Positions 22,315 to 32,476 of a stretch of 64,000 bases of DNA are shown here, piece by piece. The notes below the pieces were generated by a model, which saw only the letters and a program-made list of their open reading frames with translations, was not told the origin of the DNA and made no database searches. The position numbers and the translations under genes were made by a program. Location of the stretch: the NCBI GenBank assembly GCA_963665815.1, contig OY762463.1, positions 1,344,001-1,408,000 of the forward strand, read 5' to 3'. The DNA comes from Candidatus Cloacimonadales bacterium (GTDB lineage Bacteria; Cloacimonadota; Cloacimonadia; Cloacimonadales; JAIOQZ01). Position 1 is the stretch's first letter. Each line of letters starts with the position of its first letter.

Positions 22315-23670
22315 ATGAAAAAGATAATACTTATTTTAATGGTTGTGAGTTGTCTGTCTTTGACAGCTCTGGAAGATTTGACAATATTCAATAATAATCT
22401 GGTTCTCGTGAAAACTGGAATCAAGCTGAATCTTAAAAAGGGAACTCAGTCGATCTTTTATGATGAAATCCCTTCCGGTATCGATCCTGCATCCGTTATT
22501 CTTAAAAATGATAACACTAATATTTCTCTACTGACTCAGAACTATGAGTATGATATTGCTTCAGCGGAAAAGATCCTGATGAAATATATTGGAGAGCAGA
22601 TTACTGTTCACACCAAAGATAACAAACAGCTAAAAGGAGATCTCCAATTTGCAGGCTTCAGCAATATTGGGATAATAGACAATACAACTAAGAAACTGTA
22701 TGTTCTCTCAGATAAACAGATCAACTATATTGAATACCCGGGTGTACCGGACAATTTTTATCTCAAACCAACCCTGCAATGGCTGATAGGTTCAGACAAA
22801 AAAGGAAAAGCTGACTTTGATTTTTCCTACCTTTCTTCAGGAATGAGCTGGGAAGTAACATACAATTGTGTATACAATGAAAAAAATGAGAAACTAAGTA
22901 TTACTCCATGGGTAACAATTAACAACAGAACAGGAAAAGCCTTCAGTGATGCCAGAATTAAACTGATGGCTGGTGATGTAAAAAAAGTTCAGGAATACGG
23001 CAGAGCTAAAGGTGGAAGAGGATATAAGTCCTTGGAATTTGCAGATGCATCACAGTCTTTCAATGAAATGGAATTCGAAGAAAAAAGCTTTGCTGATTAC
23101 CATCTTTATACATTGAACCAGAGAGTTAATGTTGCAAATAATCAGGTTAAGCAAATTACGATGTTCCCTGAGAAATCAGTTAAAGCAGAAAAAATATACA
23201 AATATACTACTCATGCTCAGAAGCTTAAATCCGTAATCAGATTTAAGAATACCGAAGAAAACGGACTTGGTCTTCCCCTACCTAAAGGCACAGTAAAAAT
23301 GTATCAGGAAGACAAAGCTGATAACCAGATGGAATTCATTGGTGAAGACAGAATAGACCATACACCAAAGAAAGAGAAAGTCGATCTTGTTACAGGTTCA
23401 CCTTTTGACATAATAGCTAAAACAACTGTGCTGAATACAAACAATACACGTCATTCCACAACTTCTGATTATAAGGTTGTTGTAAAAAACAGATCTGACA
23501 AGAAAGTGAAAGTATTCATTGAACACTATATTTATGGGGACTGGAATGTAAGTAATTACAAAGCAAAATTCAAAAAGCTTAATGCACGTACTATTCAGTT
23601 TGAAATTGAACTTGCACCGGACAGTGAAAAGGAAGTAACCTGGACACAGAGAATAGAAAACAGATATTAA
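22315..23670 (+). CDS. DUF4139/DUF4140 domain secreted protein, copy 1
   Basis: LTIFNNNLVLV, QNYEYD, KPTLQW, YHLYTL, GLGLPLPKG.V..YQ.D, FIGEDRIDHTP. Confidence 0.85.
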   Translation: MKKIILILMVVSCLSLTALEDLTIFNNNLVLVKTGIKLNLKKGTQSIFYDEIPSGIDPASVILKNDNTNISLLTQNYEYDIASAEKILMKYIGEQITVHTKDNKQLKGDLQFAGFSNIGIIDNTTKKLYVLSDKQINYIEYPGVPDNFYLKPTLQWLIGSDKKGKADFDFSYLSSGMSWEVTYNCVYNEKNEKLSITPWVTINNRTGKAFSDARIKLMAGDVKKVQEYGRAKGGRGYKSLEFADASQSFNEMEFEEKSFADYHLYTLNQRVNVANNQVKQITMFPEKSVKAEKIYKYTTHAQKLKSVIRFKNTEENGLGLPLPKGTVKMYQEDKADNQMEFIGEDRIDHTPKKEKVDLVTGSPFDIIAKTTVLNTNNTRHSTTSDYKVVVKNRSDKKVKVFIEHYIYGDWNVSNYKAKFKKLNARTIQFEIELAPDSEKEVTWTQRIENRY

Positions 23671-23694
23671 AAGCATCCATTTTGTGGTGAGTAA

Positions 23695-25047
23695 ATGAAA
23701 AAAATAATACTTATTTTAATGGTTGTGAGCTGTCTGTCATTGATAGCCCTGGAAGATCTGACAATATTCAATAATGATCTTGTTCTGGTGAAAACAGGAA
23801 TAGAGCTGGAACTCAAAAAGGGAACTCAGTCAATCTTTTATGATGAAATTCCTTTTGGAATAGATCCAGCTTCAGTCATTCTTAAAAACGATAACAATAA
23901 TATTTCTCTGTTGACCCAAAACTATGAATATGACATAGCTTCTGCCCAGAAAATCCTGATGAAGTACATCGGTGAGCAAATCACTATTCATACCAAAGAT
24001 GATAAAAAACTGAAAGGCGAACTCCAATTTGCAGGATTCAGTAACATTGGGATAATAGACAATACATCTAAAAAACTGTATGTTCTTTCCGACAAGCAGA
24101 TAAACTATATTGAGTATCCCGGAGTTCCGGATAATTTCTATCTTAAGCCTACTCTGCAATGGCTGATTGGTTCAAACAAAAAAGGTAAAACTAATTTCGA
24201 TTTTTCTTATCTGTCATATGGAATGAGATGGGAAGTTACATACAATTGCGTATATAATGAGAAGACAGAGAAACTGAGTATAACTCCCTGGGTAACAATA
24301 GACAATAGATCAGGAAAAGCCTATTATAATGCCAGAATAAAACTGATGGCTGGTGATGTTAAAAAAAATTATGACAATGATAAGTCTACAGGTGGAATAA
24401 GACATGAAGAAGAAGAAATGGATTTATTGTATTCTATACCACCAATGGCATTCGAAGAAAAGAGCTTTGCAGATTACCACCTCTACACTCTGAACCAGAG
24501 AGTTGATGTTGCAAACAATCAGGTGAAACAAATTACCATGTTCCCTGAGAAATCAGTTAAAGCTGAAAAAGTATACAAATACACTACTCATGCTCAGAAA
24601 CTTAAATCAGTAATCAGATTCGAAAATACCGAAGAAAACGGACTTGGTCTTCCTCTACCAAAAGGTATTGTAAAAATGTATCAGGAAGACAAAGCCGATA
24701 ACCAGATGGAATTCATTGGTGAAGATAGAATTGACCATACACCAAAGAAAGAGAAAGTCGATCTTATTACAGGTTCACCTTTTGATATCATAGCTAAAAC
24801 AACTGTGCTGAATACAAATAATACTCGCCACTCAAGAACCTCTGACTATAAAGTTGTTGTAAAAAACAGATCCGACAAGAAAGTTAAAGTCTTTATCGAG
24901 CACTACATCTATGGAGACTGGAATGTAAGCAATTACAAAGCTAAGTTCAAGAAGCTCAATGCACGCACTATCCAGTTTGAAATTGAACTTGCACCAGATA
25001 GTGAAAAGGAAGTGACTTGGACTCAGAAGATTAATAACAGAGATTAA
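23695..25047 (+). CDS. DUF4139/DUF4140 domain secreted protein, copy 2 (tandem paralog)
   Basis: Nearly identical to copy 1 except for a central segment. Confidence 0.85.
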   Translation: MKKIILILMVVSCLSLIALEDLTIFNNDLVLVKTGIELELKKGTQSIFYDEIPFGIDPASVILKNDNNNISLLTQNYEYDIASAQKILMKYIGEQITIHTKDDKKLKGELQFAGFSNIGIIDNTSKKLYVLSDKQINYIEYPGVPDNFYLKPTLQWLIGSNKKGKTNFDFSYLSYGMRWEVTYNCVYNEKTEKLSITPWVTIDNRSGKAYYNARIKLMAGDVKKNYDNDKSTGGIRHEEEEMDLLYSIPPMAFEEKSFADYHLYTLNQRVDVANNQVKQITMFPEKSVKAEKVYKYTTHAQKLKSVIRFENTEENGLGLPLPKGIVKMYQEDKADNQMEFIGEDRIDHTPKKEKVDLITGSPFDIIAKTTVLNTNNTRHSRTSDYKVVVKNRSDKKVKVFIEHYIYGDWNVSNYKAKFKKLNARTIQFEIELAPDSEKEVTWTQKINNRD

Positions 25048-25220
25048 AAAACATAAATCTCTTACTGTATTACTGTAAAACGTTCGGAATGTCATAAATT
25101 CGCAAAATTATGAAATTCTATTTGATAAAACGCTGATTTTGAGTAATATATCTATAAGAAGACAATTTCGGATCCGAATAAACAGGTTCTCGAAATATTA
25201 TTGTCCCGCAGGAGGTTATA

Positions 25221-26177
25221 ATGAACCTGAAGATAACAAAGTTTGATGAGCTGATGAGAAATCTACTCACAACAGCAAATCTGGAAAAAAGTCTTAGCCT
25301 GATTGTCAGAGATATTACTCAGGAGTTTGAGTTCCAAAGCCTCGGGATATATACTTTTGATGACCAGAACGACGTTCATCTACAGATCAGCAGAAATTTA
25401 AGCCACTCATTCAGAAAATCCCGCAACTTTCAACCTGATGCCTTTTTCATGAAAAAGCTTAATCTTATGCAGGTGTTTGATCTGGATCAACCTGATATGA
25501 TAAAGTTCGAGTATGATTACAAGCATCTTATTGTCACTCCACTCCAGTTTGATAATACTCTGTTGGGATTCATGTTTATCGATAAAGAAGATGGTCATTT
25601 TGATCTCGATGAGATGTACAAATTCGAGATGTTCGGAGGTTTGGTATCTCTTATTATACATATACAGAATCAGAAACACACAATTGAGAAGTTATCACAG
25701 ATAGATGAAAATACTGGTCTCTACACAATGAAAGCGTTTATTGAGCGAGCCCAGTTAATATTCACACGTTCAGTTCGTTACGGAAGAAATATCACGTTAA
25801 TAATCTTACAGATTTCCGAATACAAGAAAATGATTCGAACTAACGGAAAAGATGAGACAAAAGTGTATGTAAACAAAATAGCAAATATCCTTAAAACAAG
25901 ACTGAGATCATTCGAGATTATAGGTTACAGATATCCCGACACTTTTGCAGTGCTTCTGAGTGAAACTGATAAAGAGCAGAATATGCATATTGTCAGAAGA
26001 CTTACACAGGATATTCTGGACATATCTCCATCTCTCAAGAAAGACTATTTTTCATGGGGAATCAGCTCAAGTCTGCAAAATTGTGATTGCATGGAAACTC
26101 TGCTTAATAACACTGAAACCGCTGCTTTTGAAGCATCAAGAAAAGAAAAACACATTGTATTTACTGAAGAATTATAA
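25221..26177 (+). CDS. GAF + degenerate GGDEF domain protein
   Basis: GAF-like N-terminus; DENTGLY entry motif; active-site position reads YRYPDTF rather than RxGGDEF. Confidence 0.75.
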   Translation: MNLKITKFDELMRNLLTTANLEKSLSLIVRDITQEFEFQSLGIYTFDDQNDVHLQISRNLSHSFRKSRNFQPDAFFMKKLNLMQVFDLDQPDMIKFEYDYKHLIVTPLQFDNTLLGFMFIDKEDGHFDLDEMYKFEMFGGLVSLIIHIQNQKHTIEKLSQIDENTGLYTMKAFIERAQLIFTRSVRYGRNITLIILQISEYKKMIRTNGKDETKVYVNKIANILKTRLRSFEIIGYRYPDTFAVLLSETDKEQNMHIVRRLTQDILDISPSLKKDYFSWGISSSLQNCDCMETLLNNTETAAFEASRKEKHIVFTEEL

Positions 26178-26198
26178 ATATCATTTTAAGGAGAATAT

Positions 26199-26645
26199 AT
26201 GAGTGATCGTATTTTTAACAATCTGCGCGGAATTCAAAAGGATATGCTTAAAATTCTCGGCGAGGTTACAACACTTGCTGCGAATCCTCTTGCAGTACAT
26301 CATGGAGAAAATGAAGTCTGGGAACCAAAATGCGATGTATTCGGAACAAATAGCGAGATAAATATTATTGTTGATCTTGCGGGTGTGGATAAGAAATCAA
26401 TTCATATTTCCAGATCAAAAGATTACATCAAAGTGACAGGCTCAAGAGAACTTAATTTCGATTGCGACAAACTGTGCTACTATAACATGGAGATTGAGAC
26501 TGGAAGCTTTGAAAGAAAAATTTATCTCCCGGAACTCAATCTCAGCCACGACGATCCATCAGTAAAGTTTGAAAATGGATTTCTCTATATTAAGTTTACA
26601 CTAAGGCAGCCTAAAGAAAAAGTAATTGAAGTAGAGATAGAATAA
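26199..26645 (+). CDS. Hsp20/alpha-crystallin small heat-shock protein
   Basis: WEPKCDV, VDLAGVDK, MEIETGSFERKI.LP, FENGFLYI. Confidence 0.9.
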   Translation: MSDRIFNNLRGIQKDMLKILGEVTTLAANPLAVHHGENEVWEPKCDVFGTNSEINIIVDLAGVDKKSIHISRSKDYIKVTGSRELNFDCDKLCYYNMEIETGSFERKIYLPELNLSHDDPSVKFENGFLYIKFTLRQPKEKVIEVEIE

Positions 26646-26766
26646 TTTATAAAAAAATCAATCCCACTCAATAAGGTGTCTGTAATTTTTTGCAGGCACT
26701 TTTTTGATAAATCACTCAATCTATTGACAGAATTTTCCAGATAATGAAGTTTCGGTAAAAATAAAT

Positions 26767-26952
26767 GAGCTTTGCATAAAAGCAAAATCAAGCATCTTTG
26801 GTTAAATAGTATTGATGAGATTTTTGAATTCATCATGAAAACTTCTCAGGAAAATTGATTTTGAGTCAGATCATAATGAATTCTGGAATAGAATCAACTA
26901 GTATTTTCTGTAAAATATGAGCAAAGAATTACTCCAATTATGCAAAGGTCTC
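26767..26952. mobile_element. MITE-like element, same terminal-repeat family as 21419
   Basis: GAGCTTTGCATAA ... TTATGCAAAGGTCTC ends, 186 bp, non-coding. Confidence 0.55.
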
Positions 26953-26967
26953 TAATGATGAGGAATC

Positions 26968-27762
26968 ATGCAGGAACGACACGTAAACAGATCGCGTTAT
27001 TTTAATGAGCAGTCTATTACAACAGAGAAATATGTAATTCCATATATAGAAGAAGTTAAGACAATCTGCTGCCGCATGAATGTTCTGGAAATTGGTTGTG
27101 GAGAAGGTGGAAATCTTGTGCCTTTCATTAAAAGAAATTGTAAAGTTACCGGAATTGATCTTTCAGAAAAGAAAATTGATAATGCCAAAATCTTTCTGAA
27201 AGAATTCATGGATGATGATAAAGATATTGAGTTGTTTCTGGAAGACATATATGAGCATGATTTCAGCGAAGAATATGATATTATAATAATGCGGGATGTA
27301 ATTGAGCACATACCTGAACAGTCTAAACTAATGAAATTCATCAAATCAATACTGAAAGATGACGGACTTGTATTCATTGCGTTTCCTCCCTGGCATAATC
27401 CATTCGGAGGACATCAGCAGATATGTAATAACAAGATTCTTTCACACCTCCCTTATTACCATATACTCCCGGTTCCATTATACAAAGCACTGCTAAAAGC
27501 AGGTAAAGAGCCTTCAGATAAAATCGAATCCTTGCTGGAGATCAAGGAAACGGGTATAAGCATCAATCGTTTTCTAAGCATCCTGAAATCAGAAGACTAC
27601 AGAATAAAAAAGTTGGATTACTACTTCATAAACCCGAACTACGAAGTAAAATTCGGTCTGACACCAAGACTTCAAACAGGATTAGTTGCTTCCATACCAT
27701 TTTTAAGAGATTTCCTTACTACTTCAGTTTACGCTATAATCAGTAAAAAATCAGAAAAGTGA
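26968..27762 (+). CDS. Class I SAM-dependent methyltransferase
   Basis: VLEIGCGEGG, YDIIIMRDVIEH, FPPWHNPFGGHQ. Confidence 0.88.
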   Translation: MQERHVNRSRYFNEQSITTEKYVIPYIEEVKTICCRMNVLEIGCGEGGNLVPFIKRNCKVTGIDLSEKKIDNAKIFLKEFMDDDKDIELFLEDIYEHDFSEEYDIIIMRDVIEHIPEQSKLMKFIKSILKDDGLVFIAFPPWHNPFGGHQQICNNKILSHLPYYHILPVPLYKALLKAGKEPSDKIESLLEIKETGISINRFLSILKSEDYRIKKLDYYFINPNYEVKFGLTPRLQTGLVASIPFLRDFLTTSVYAIISKKSEK

Positions 27763-29913
27763 TTCCGCTTTTCGGATAAGCTTATTACTATTTACACTAA
27801 GCTGAATCCTCTTCCTCTGCAGATCTAAACGGTTAATCACAACATCCAGTACTAAGCCGACATAGCATGTATCATACATCTCTTTTACAGATCTGAACTC
27901 TGACTTATGAATCAGTCCATCCGTTTTTACTCCAAGATCAACAAAGACTCCGAAATCAACAACATTCTTAACCTGCCCCTGCAATTCCATTCCTTCAAAG
28001 AAATTTTCTTCTGACATACTTCCTGTTTTATACATAACAGAATCAAGCAATACTGAATTTACTTTACTTTCGCTCAATGCATCTCTTACAAACTCCAGTT
28101 TTTCATTTGACATTCCCAGTTCTTGAGAAACGGAAGCTATATCGATCTCTTTAAGTACAGCACCAAGCTTCTCAATGTTCTTCACTTTAAGAGTCTTTAT
28201 GAGTTTTTTTACCAGTTTATAATCTTCAGGGTGTATAATTGTTTTATCGAGATACTCCTCTGAATCATTTACAATACAGAATCCTGCTGCATTATTGAAT
28301 TTTGCTGCCCCTAAACCCTTAACTTTCATCAATTGTTTTCTATTCTTGAAGTTACCGTTGCTTTCCCGGTACTCTACAATATTCTCTGCCACTGACTTGT
28401 TGAATCCGGAAACATATTGTAGTAAATACCTGGAAGCATAGTTTATATCAACTCCTATGGCACTTACAACATTGGATATTGATGACACGATTTTCTCAGT
28501 AAGCAATGCTTTGGGTATATCATGCTGGTACATTCCAACGCCCAGAGCTTCTACAGGGACTTTGACATACTCATCTATCGGTGACTGGATTCGTCTTGCA
28601 ATTGTTACAGCGCCTCTGACAACTGCATCAAGATCCGGGAATTCTTCCCTTGCACATTCAGATGCAGAATACACTGATGCTCCGGTTTCCGGAATTATTA
28701 TGCATTCAATATCAGAACGACCATAAGTAATATATTTTGTAACAAATTCCGCAGTCTCCTGAGAAGCTGTTCCATTGCCAATTGCAATCAGATTGACTTT
28801 GAACTTCTTTATATTACTCAGAACTTGTTCAATTGTCATATTTAATCGATGCTTATCAAGCGGGAATATCGTCTCGAAATGTTCAAGTTTCCCTTTTTCG
28901 TCAATGTAGGCAGTCTTACACCCGGTTCTGAATCCGGGATCAATCCCCAGAACTCTTATATCTTTTCTTGGCTTTGCAAGTAGCAGGTACTTAACATTTT
29001 CACTGAAGATATCGGCGGATCTTTTATGAGCACTATCAGTCATATTATTCCGTACCTCACGTTCCATTGATGGATATATAAGTCTTTTGAGAGAATCCGT
29101 AATAACTTCATCGAGAAACTCTCTGTAAGGATGAAATCTGGCAATATGCATTATAATTGCAACGCTTTTAATTGGGTGAAACGGAATCTCAACACTTACT
29201 TTCAGGCATTCTTCCTGTTCTCCCCGATTCAGAGCAAGCACTCTGAAATCAGGCATATATTTTACTTTCTGCGAAAACTCAAAGTAGTCTCTGTATTTTG
29301 CTGTTTTATCAGCATCTGCTTTCTTACTAAGTTCCGACTTCACTATTCCTTTTTCGAAGTACATTTCCCTGCACATCTTTCTAACTTCCTGATCAAGTGA
29401 AATCATCTCAGCAATAATATCTCCGGCTGCAGCCATAGCAGCTTTTCTACTTTCAAAATTCCTGTTCCTGTTCACAAAGTTATCAATAAATTGATCATTC
29501 TTAGATCTCGCTTTGAGTATAAACTCGGCAAGAGGCAATGCTCCGTTTTCTTTTGCTTTATCTGCTCTGGTTTTTCTTTTTTTCTTGAATGGCAGATACA
29601 AATCTTCGAGAGTTTCTAAATCCTCAGCAACCAGAATTTTATTCTTAAGGATATCATTGAGAAGACCTTGTTTTTCAAGTCCTGACAAAATATCTTCTCG
29701 ACGCTTTTCTATTTTCTTCCAAAGTTCATAGAGCTCGCTTATCTTCCCTATCTCTACTTCATTCAGCCCACCCGTTCGTTCTTTCCTGTACCTCGTTATG
29801 AATGGGATTGTAGCCCCTTCTTCAAGCAGAATTATCGTTTGTTGAATCTGCTCATGTTTGAAGTCTGTTTTACCTAAAGTATAAGCAACTGCGGTAGTTA
29901 TGGCATTCGTCAT
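27751..29913 (-). CDS. tex: Tex family transcription accessory protein (YqgF, HhH, S1 domains)
   Basis: EGATIPFITRYRKE, GIDPGFRTGCK, IGNGTAS.ET, GASVYSAS..AREEFPDLD, S1 domain NVVDFGVFVDLGVK.DGLIH. Confidence 0.93.
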   Translation of the reverse strand: MTNAITTAVAYTLGKTDFKHEQIQQTIILLEEGATIPFITRYRKERTGGLNEVEIGKISELYELWKKIEKRREDILSGLEKQGLLNDILKNKILVAEDLETLEDLYLPFKKKRKTRADKAKENGALPLAEFILKARSKNDQFIDNFVNRNRNFESRKAAMAAAGDIIAEMISLDQEVRKMCREMYFEKGIVKSELSKKADADKTAKYRDYFEFSQKVKYMPDFRVLALNRGEQEECLKVSVEIPFHPIKSVAIIMHIARFHPYREFLDEVITDSLKRLIYPSMEREVRNNMTDSAHKRSADIFSENVKYLLLAKPRKDIRVLGIDPGFRTGCKTAYIDEKGKLEHFETIFPLDKHRLNMTIEQVLSNIKKFKVNLIAIGNGTASQETAEFVTKYITYGRSDIECIIIPETGASVYSASECAREEFPDLDAVVRGAVTIARRIQSPIDEYVKVPVEALGVGMYQHDIPKALLTEKIVSSISNVVSAIGVDINYASRYLLQYVSGFNKSVAENIVEYRESNGNFKNRKQLMKVKGLGAAKFNNAAGFCIVNDSEEYLDKTIIHPEDYKLVKKLIKTLKVKNIEKLGAVLKEIDIASVSQELGMSNEKLEFVRDALSESKVNSVLLDSVMYKTGSMSEENFFEGMELQGQVKNVVDFGVFVDLGVKTDGLIHKSEFRSVKEMYDTCYVGLVLDVVINRLDLQRKRIQLSVNSNKLIRKAESLF

Positions 29914-29936
29914 TTATTTTAGATTGTCCTTTGCTT

Positions 29937-32474
29937 TTATTTGTTTTCAGTATCCATGCTTTCCAGAGTAAGGTAGAATGTTGAACCTTTCTCAGGAATG
30001 CTTTCATAATCAATATAACCATTATTCATCTCAGCGAACTTCTTGGCAATAATCAAACCTAATCCAACTCCGGGAGATAAATGTCCTTTTGCCCCTTTTT
30101 TCAGACTGCCAATATCTTCAGCAATTTCTTCAGTAATTCCAAGTCCGCTATCGCTTACGGAAATAATGTTTTTGTTCCCTTTAATTTCATGATTAACTGT
30201 AACTGTACCACCTTCAAAAGAATATTTAATAGCATTAGAAATGAAGTTCCTTACAATTGTAGAAATCATTTTATTATCTGCAAAAAGCGTAACATTCTCA
30301 TTAATATCATTTACTATCTTAATGTTCTTAGATTCCGCATTCCAGGAATATATCTGAATCGCATCTGAGACTTTTTTGTGGAGATTTATCATTGTCGGCT
30401 TAATGTGGATACCTTTGCTCTCAGTTTTCGTCCACTGGAGCAGATTATCAAGCAATTCTTTAATCCTGTTTGCTGAAATATGAACTTTCTTAGCATATTT
30501 CAAAATTTTCTGATCACTTATTGAGCTTATAGAGTTACAGAGAAGCTCAGAGCCAAGCGACAGTACATTCATCGGTTCCTTGAGATCGTGTCCAATAACG
30601 GTAAGAAGTATATCTTTAGCATCATTTGATGATTTCAGTTCAATCTGTGAATCTCTGAGTTCTTTTTCAATATTCTTCAGTGTTGTTATATCAATCATCA
30701 CACTGAGAACACCGATAACATTGTTATCCGCATCGAAAAATGGAGCTTTGTTTATTATGTATACTCTTGAGCTGCCTGCAGGATTTGTTATTGTCCGTTC
30801 GTACTGAATTGATTCCTTATTGGCAATAACATGCTCGTCCTCTTTATGAAGTCTTTCTGCTTCCTTTTCATCCATCAGATCAAACACATTCTTATTAATC
30901 AATTCATCAGGTGTTTTCTCCTGATACTTAGAAAAAGCTTTATTGCATCCCATATAAAAGCCTTTAAGATCTTTGTAGGATATGGGAAAAGGAATATTAT
31001 CAAGAATTGACTGAGTCAGATGATGCTGATTTTCCAATTCTGTTTTTTGGCTCATTATCATCAGATTTTTATCTTTCAGCTCGTTATTAAGATCTACAAG
31101 CTCAACATTTTTTAATCGGTATATTTCAGCTTCTTGTCTCTTGATAGCAGTTTCATGCCTGTTCTGTATCTGCACAAGTTTACTTTTCAGCTCAGAACTG
31201 AACGTCTTATTTGTTTCTACTGACAGCTGTTTCTGGTACTTCAAGGCAGCCTGCATATATTCTACAGCTTTTCCCGGTTCATTGTTATCCAGACTTTGCT
31301 TTGCAAGGCTCTCATTAATGTATGTAAACAACTCAAACAGGTGCTTTTTCACGAGACCGAAATTGGACTTCTCAGAAATTTCCAGACTTTTCTTCAGGAG
31401 ATCAACTGATTTATCGAAATTACCTTTTCGAATTTCAATTTCACCAAGATTTGCATACGAATTAGCTAATCCAAACTGAGAATTTATGTGTTGTCTTATT
31501 TCCAGAGCATTGTTGTGGTATTTTTCTGCAAGCTCAAAGTCACCCTGTTCAAGATAAAGATTACCAATATTATTATATGAATTAGCTCGTTTTTCAAAGT
31601 TTGCATCATTATTTCTAATATTCAGTGACTTAAAATAGTATTCTGCCGCTTTATCAAATTCCTGTCGTTCCTTGTAAACAAGCCCAATGTTGTTATACGT
31701 ATCTCCAAGTGCACTTGAAGCATCGTTCTTCTCTTCTATTTCAACAGCAATCCTGAAATGATGCAAAGCCTTATCATGCTGCTCCAACCTTAAATACACT
31801 GTTCCAATAGAGTTGTTAGTAATTGCAATCCCTGCTTCGTTCCCAACCCGAGTATATATATTCAAAGCAAGAAACTCATATTCCAGTGCATTATGGTAAT
31901 CCTCAATTTTCTTATAAACTATTCCAATCCAGTAAAGCACTCTGGCAGATAAAGTTTCATCTTCTTTTTCATCTTTAACAACATTATATGCCAGTTTAAA
32001 GTAATATAATGCATCAAAAAAATTACTTAGACGATTATAAAACACACCTTTTTTAAAGAAAATCCGACATTGAGTCAGGTGATCAGTTGTGTTATCAATA
32101 TTATTCTGCGCACTATCCAGATATATTTTTGATTTATCCAAATTATTCAGTTTAAGATAAAATTCTGCAATCTGAAGAGCTGTCTGTATAATGTTTTCAT
32201 TGTTTTTCAGGCTTTCAGCAATATCATAAGCTTTTTTAAAGTCATCAAGATAGTCACTACATTTATTCCTGAATTTTAAAATACCTTTAAAGCTGTTTAT
32301 GTAAAATTTTGCCTGTTGACTACGGTTTTCGTCAAGAAGCTTCTCAGCTTGAAGCAATATCTTATACTGATCTTCTATGTTACTGCTATCCTCCATACGA
32401 TCAATTACAGATTTCAGATACTTATCTGAAGAAGCAACATTTTTCAAGTAATTATAGAAATAACTTTTGGGCAT
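29937..32474 (-). CDS. Cytoplasmic TPR-PAS sensor histidine kinase
   Basis: TPR repeats (YNNIG), PAS domain, H-box GHDLKEP, N-box RNFISNAIKYS, G boxes; no TM segment. Confidence 0.88.
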   Translation of the reverse strand: MPKSYFYNYLKNVASSDKYLKSVIDRMEDSSNIEDQYKILLQAEKLLDENRSQQAKFYINSFKGILKFRNKCSDYLDDFKKAYDIAESLKNNENIIQTALQIAEFYLKLNNLDKSKIYLDSAQNNIDNTTDHLTQCRIFFKKGVFYNRLSNFFDALYYFKLAYNVVKDEKEDETLSARVLYWIGIVYKKIEDYHNALEYEFLALNIYTRVGNEAGIAITNNSIGTVYLRLEQHDKALHHFRIAVEIEEKNDASSALGDTYNNIGLVYKERQEFDKAAEYYFKSLNIRNNDANFEKRANSYNNIGNLYLEQGDFELAEKYHNNALEIRQHINSQFGLANSYANLGEIEIRKGNFDKSVDLLKKSLEISEKSNFGLVKKHLFELFTYINESLAKQSLDNNEPGKAVEYMQAALKYQKQLSVETNKTFSSELKSKLVQIQNRHETAIKRQEAEIYRLKNVELVDLNNELKDKNLMIMSQKTELENQHHLTQSILDNIPFPISYKDLKGFYMGCNKAFSKYQEKTPDELINKNVFDLMDEKEAERLHKEDEHVIANKESIQYERTITNPAGSSRVYIINKAPFFDADNNVIGVLSVMIDITTLKNIEKELRDSQIELKSSNDAKDILLTVIGHDLKEPMNVLSLGSELLCNSISSISDQKILKYAKKVHISANRIKELLDNLLQWTKTESKGIHIKPTMINLHKKVSDAIQIYSWNAESKNIKIVNDINENVTLFADNKMISTIVRNFISNAIKYSFEGGTVTVNHEIKGNKNIISVSDSGLGITEEIAEDIGSLKKGAKGHLSPGVGLGLIIAKKFAEMNNGYIDYESIPEKGSTFYLTLESMDTENK

Positions 32475-32476
32475 AA

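Noticed and set aside
22315-25047. Diversity-generating retroelement TR/VR pair
   Set aside because: Both copies are full genes, differences are not adenine-specific, and there is no reverse transcriptase in the window.
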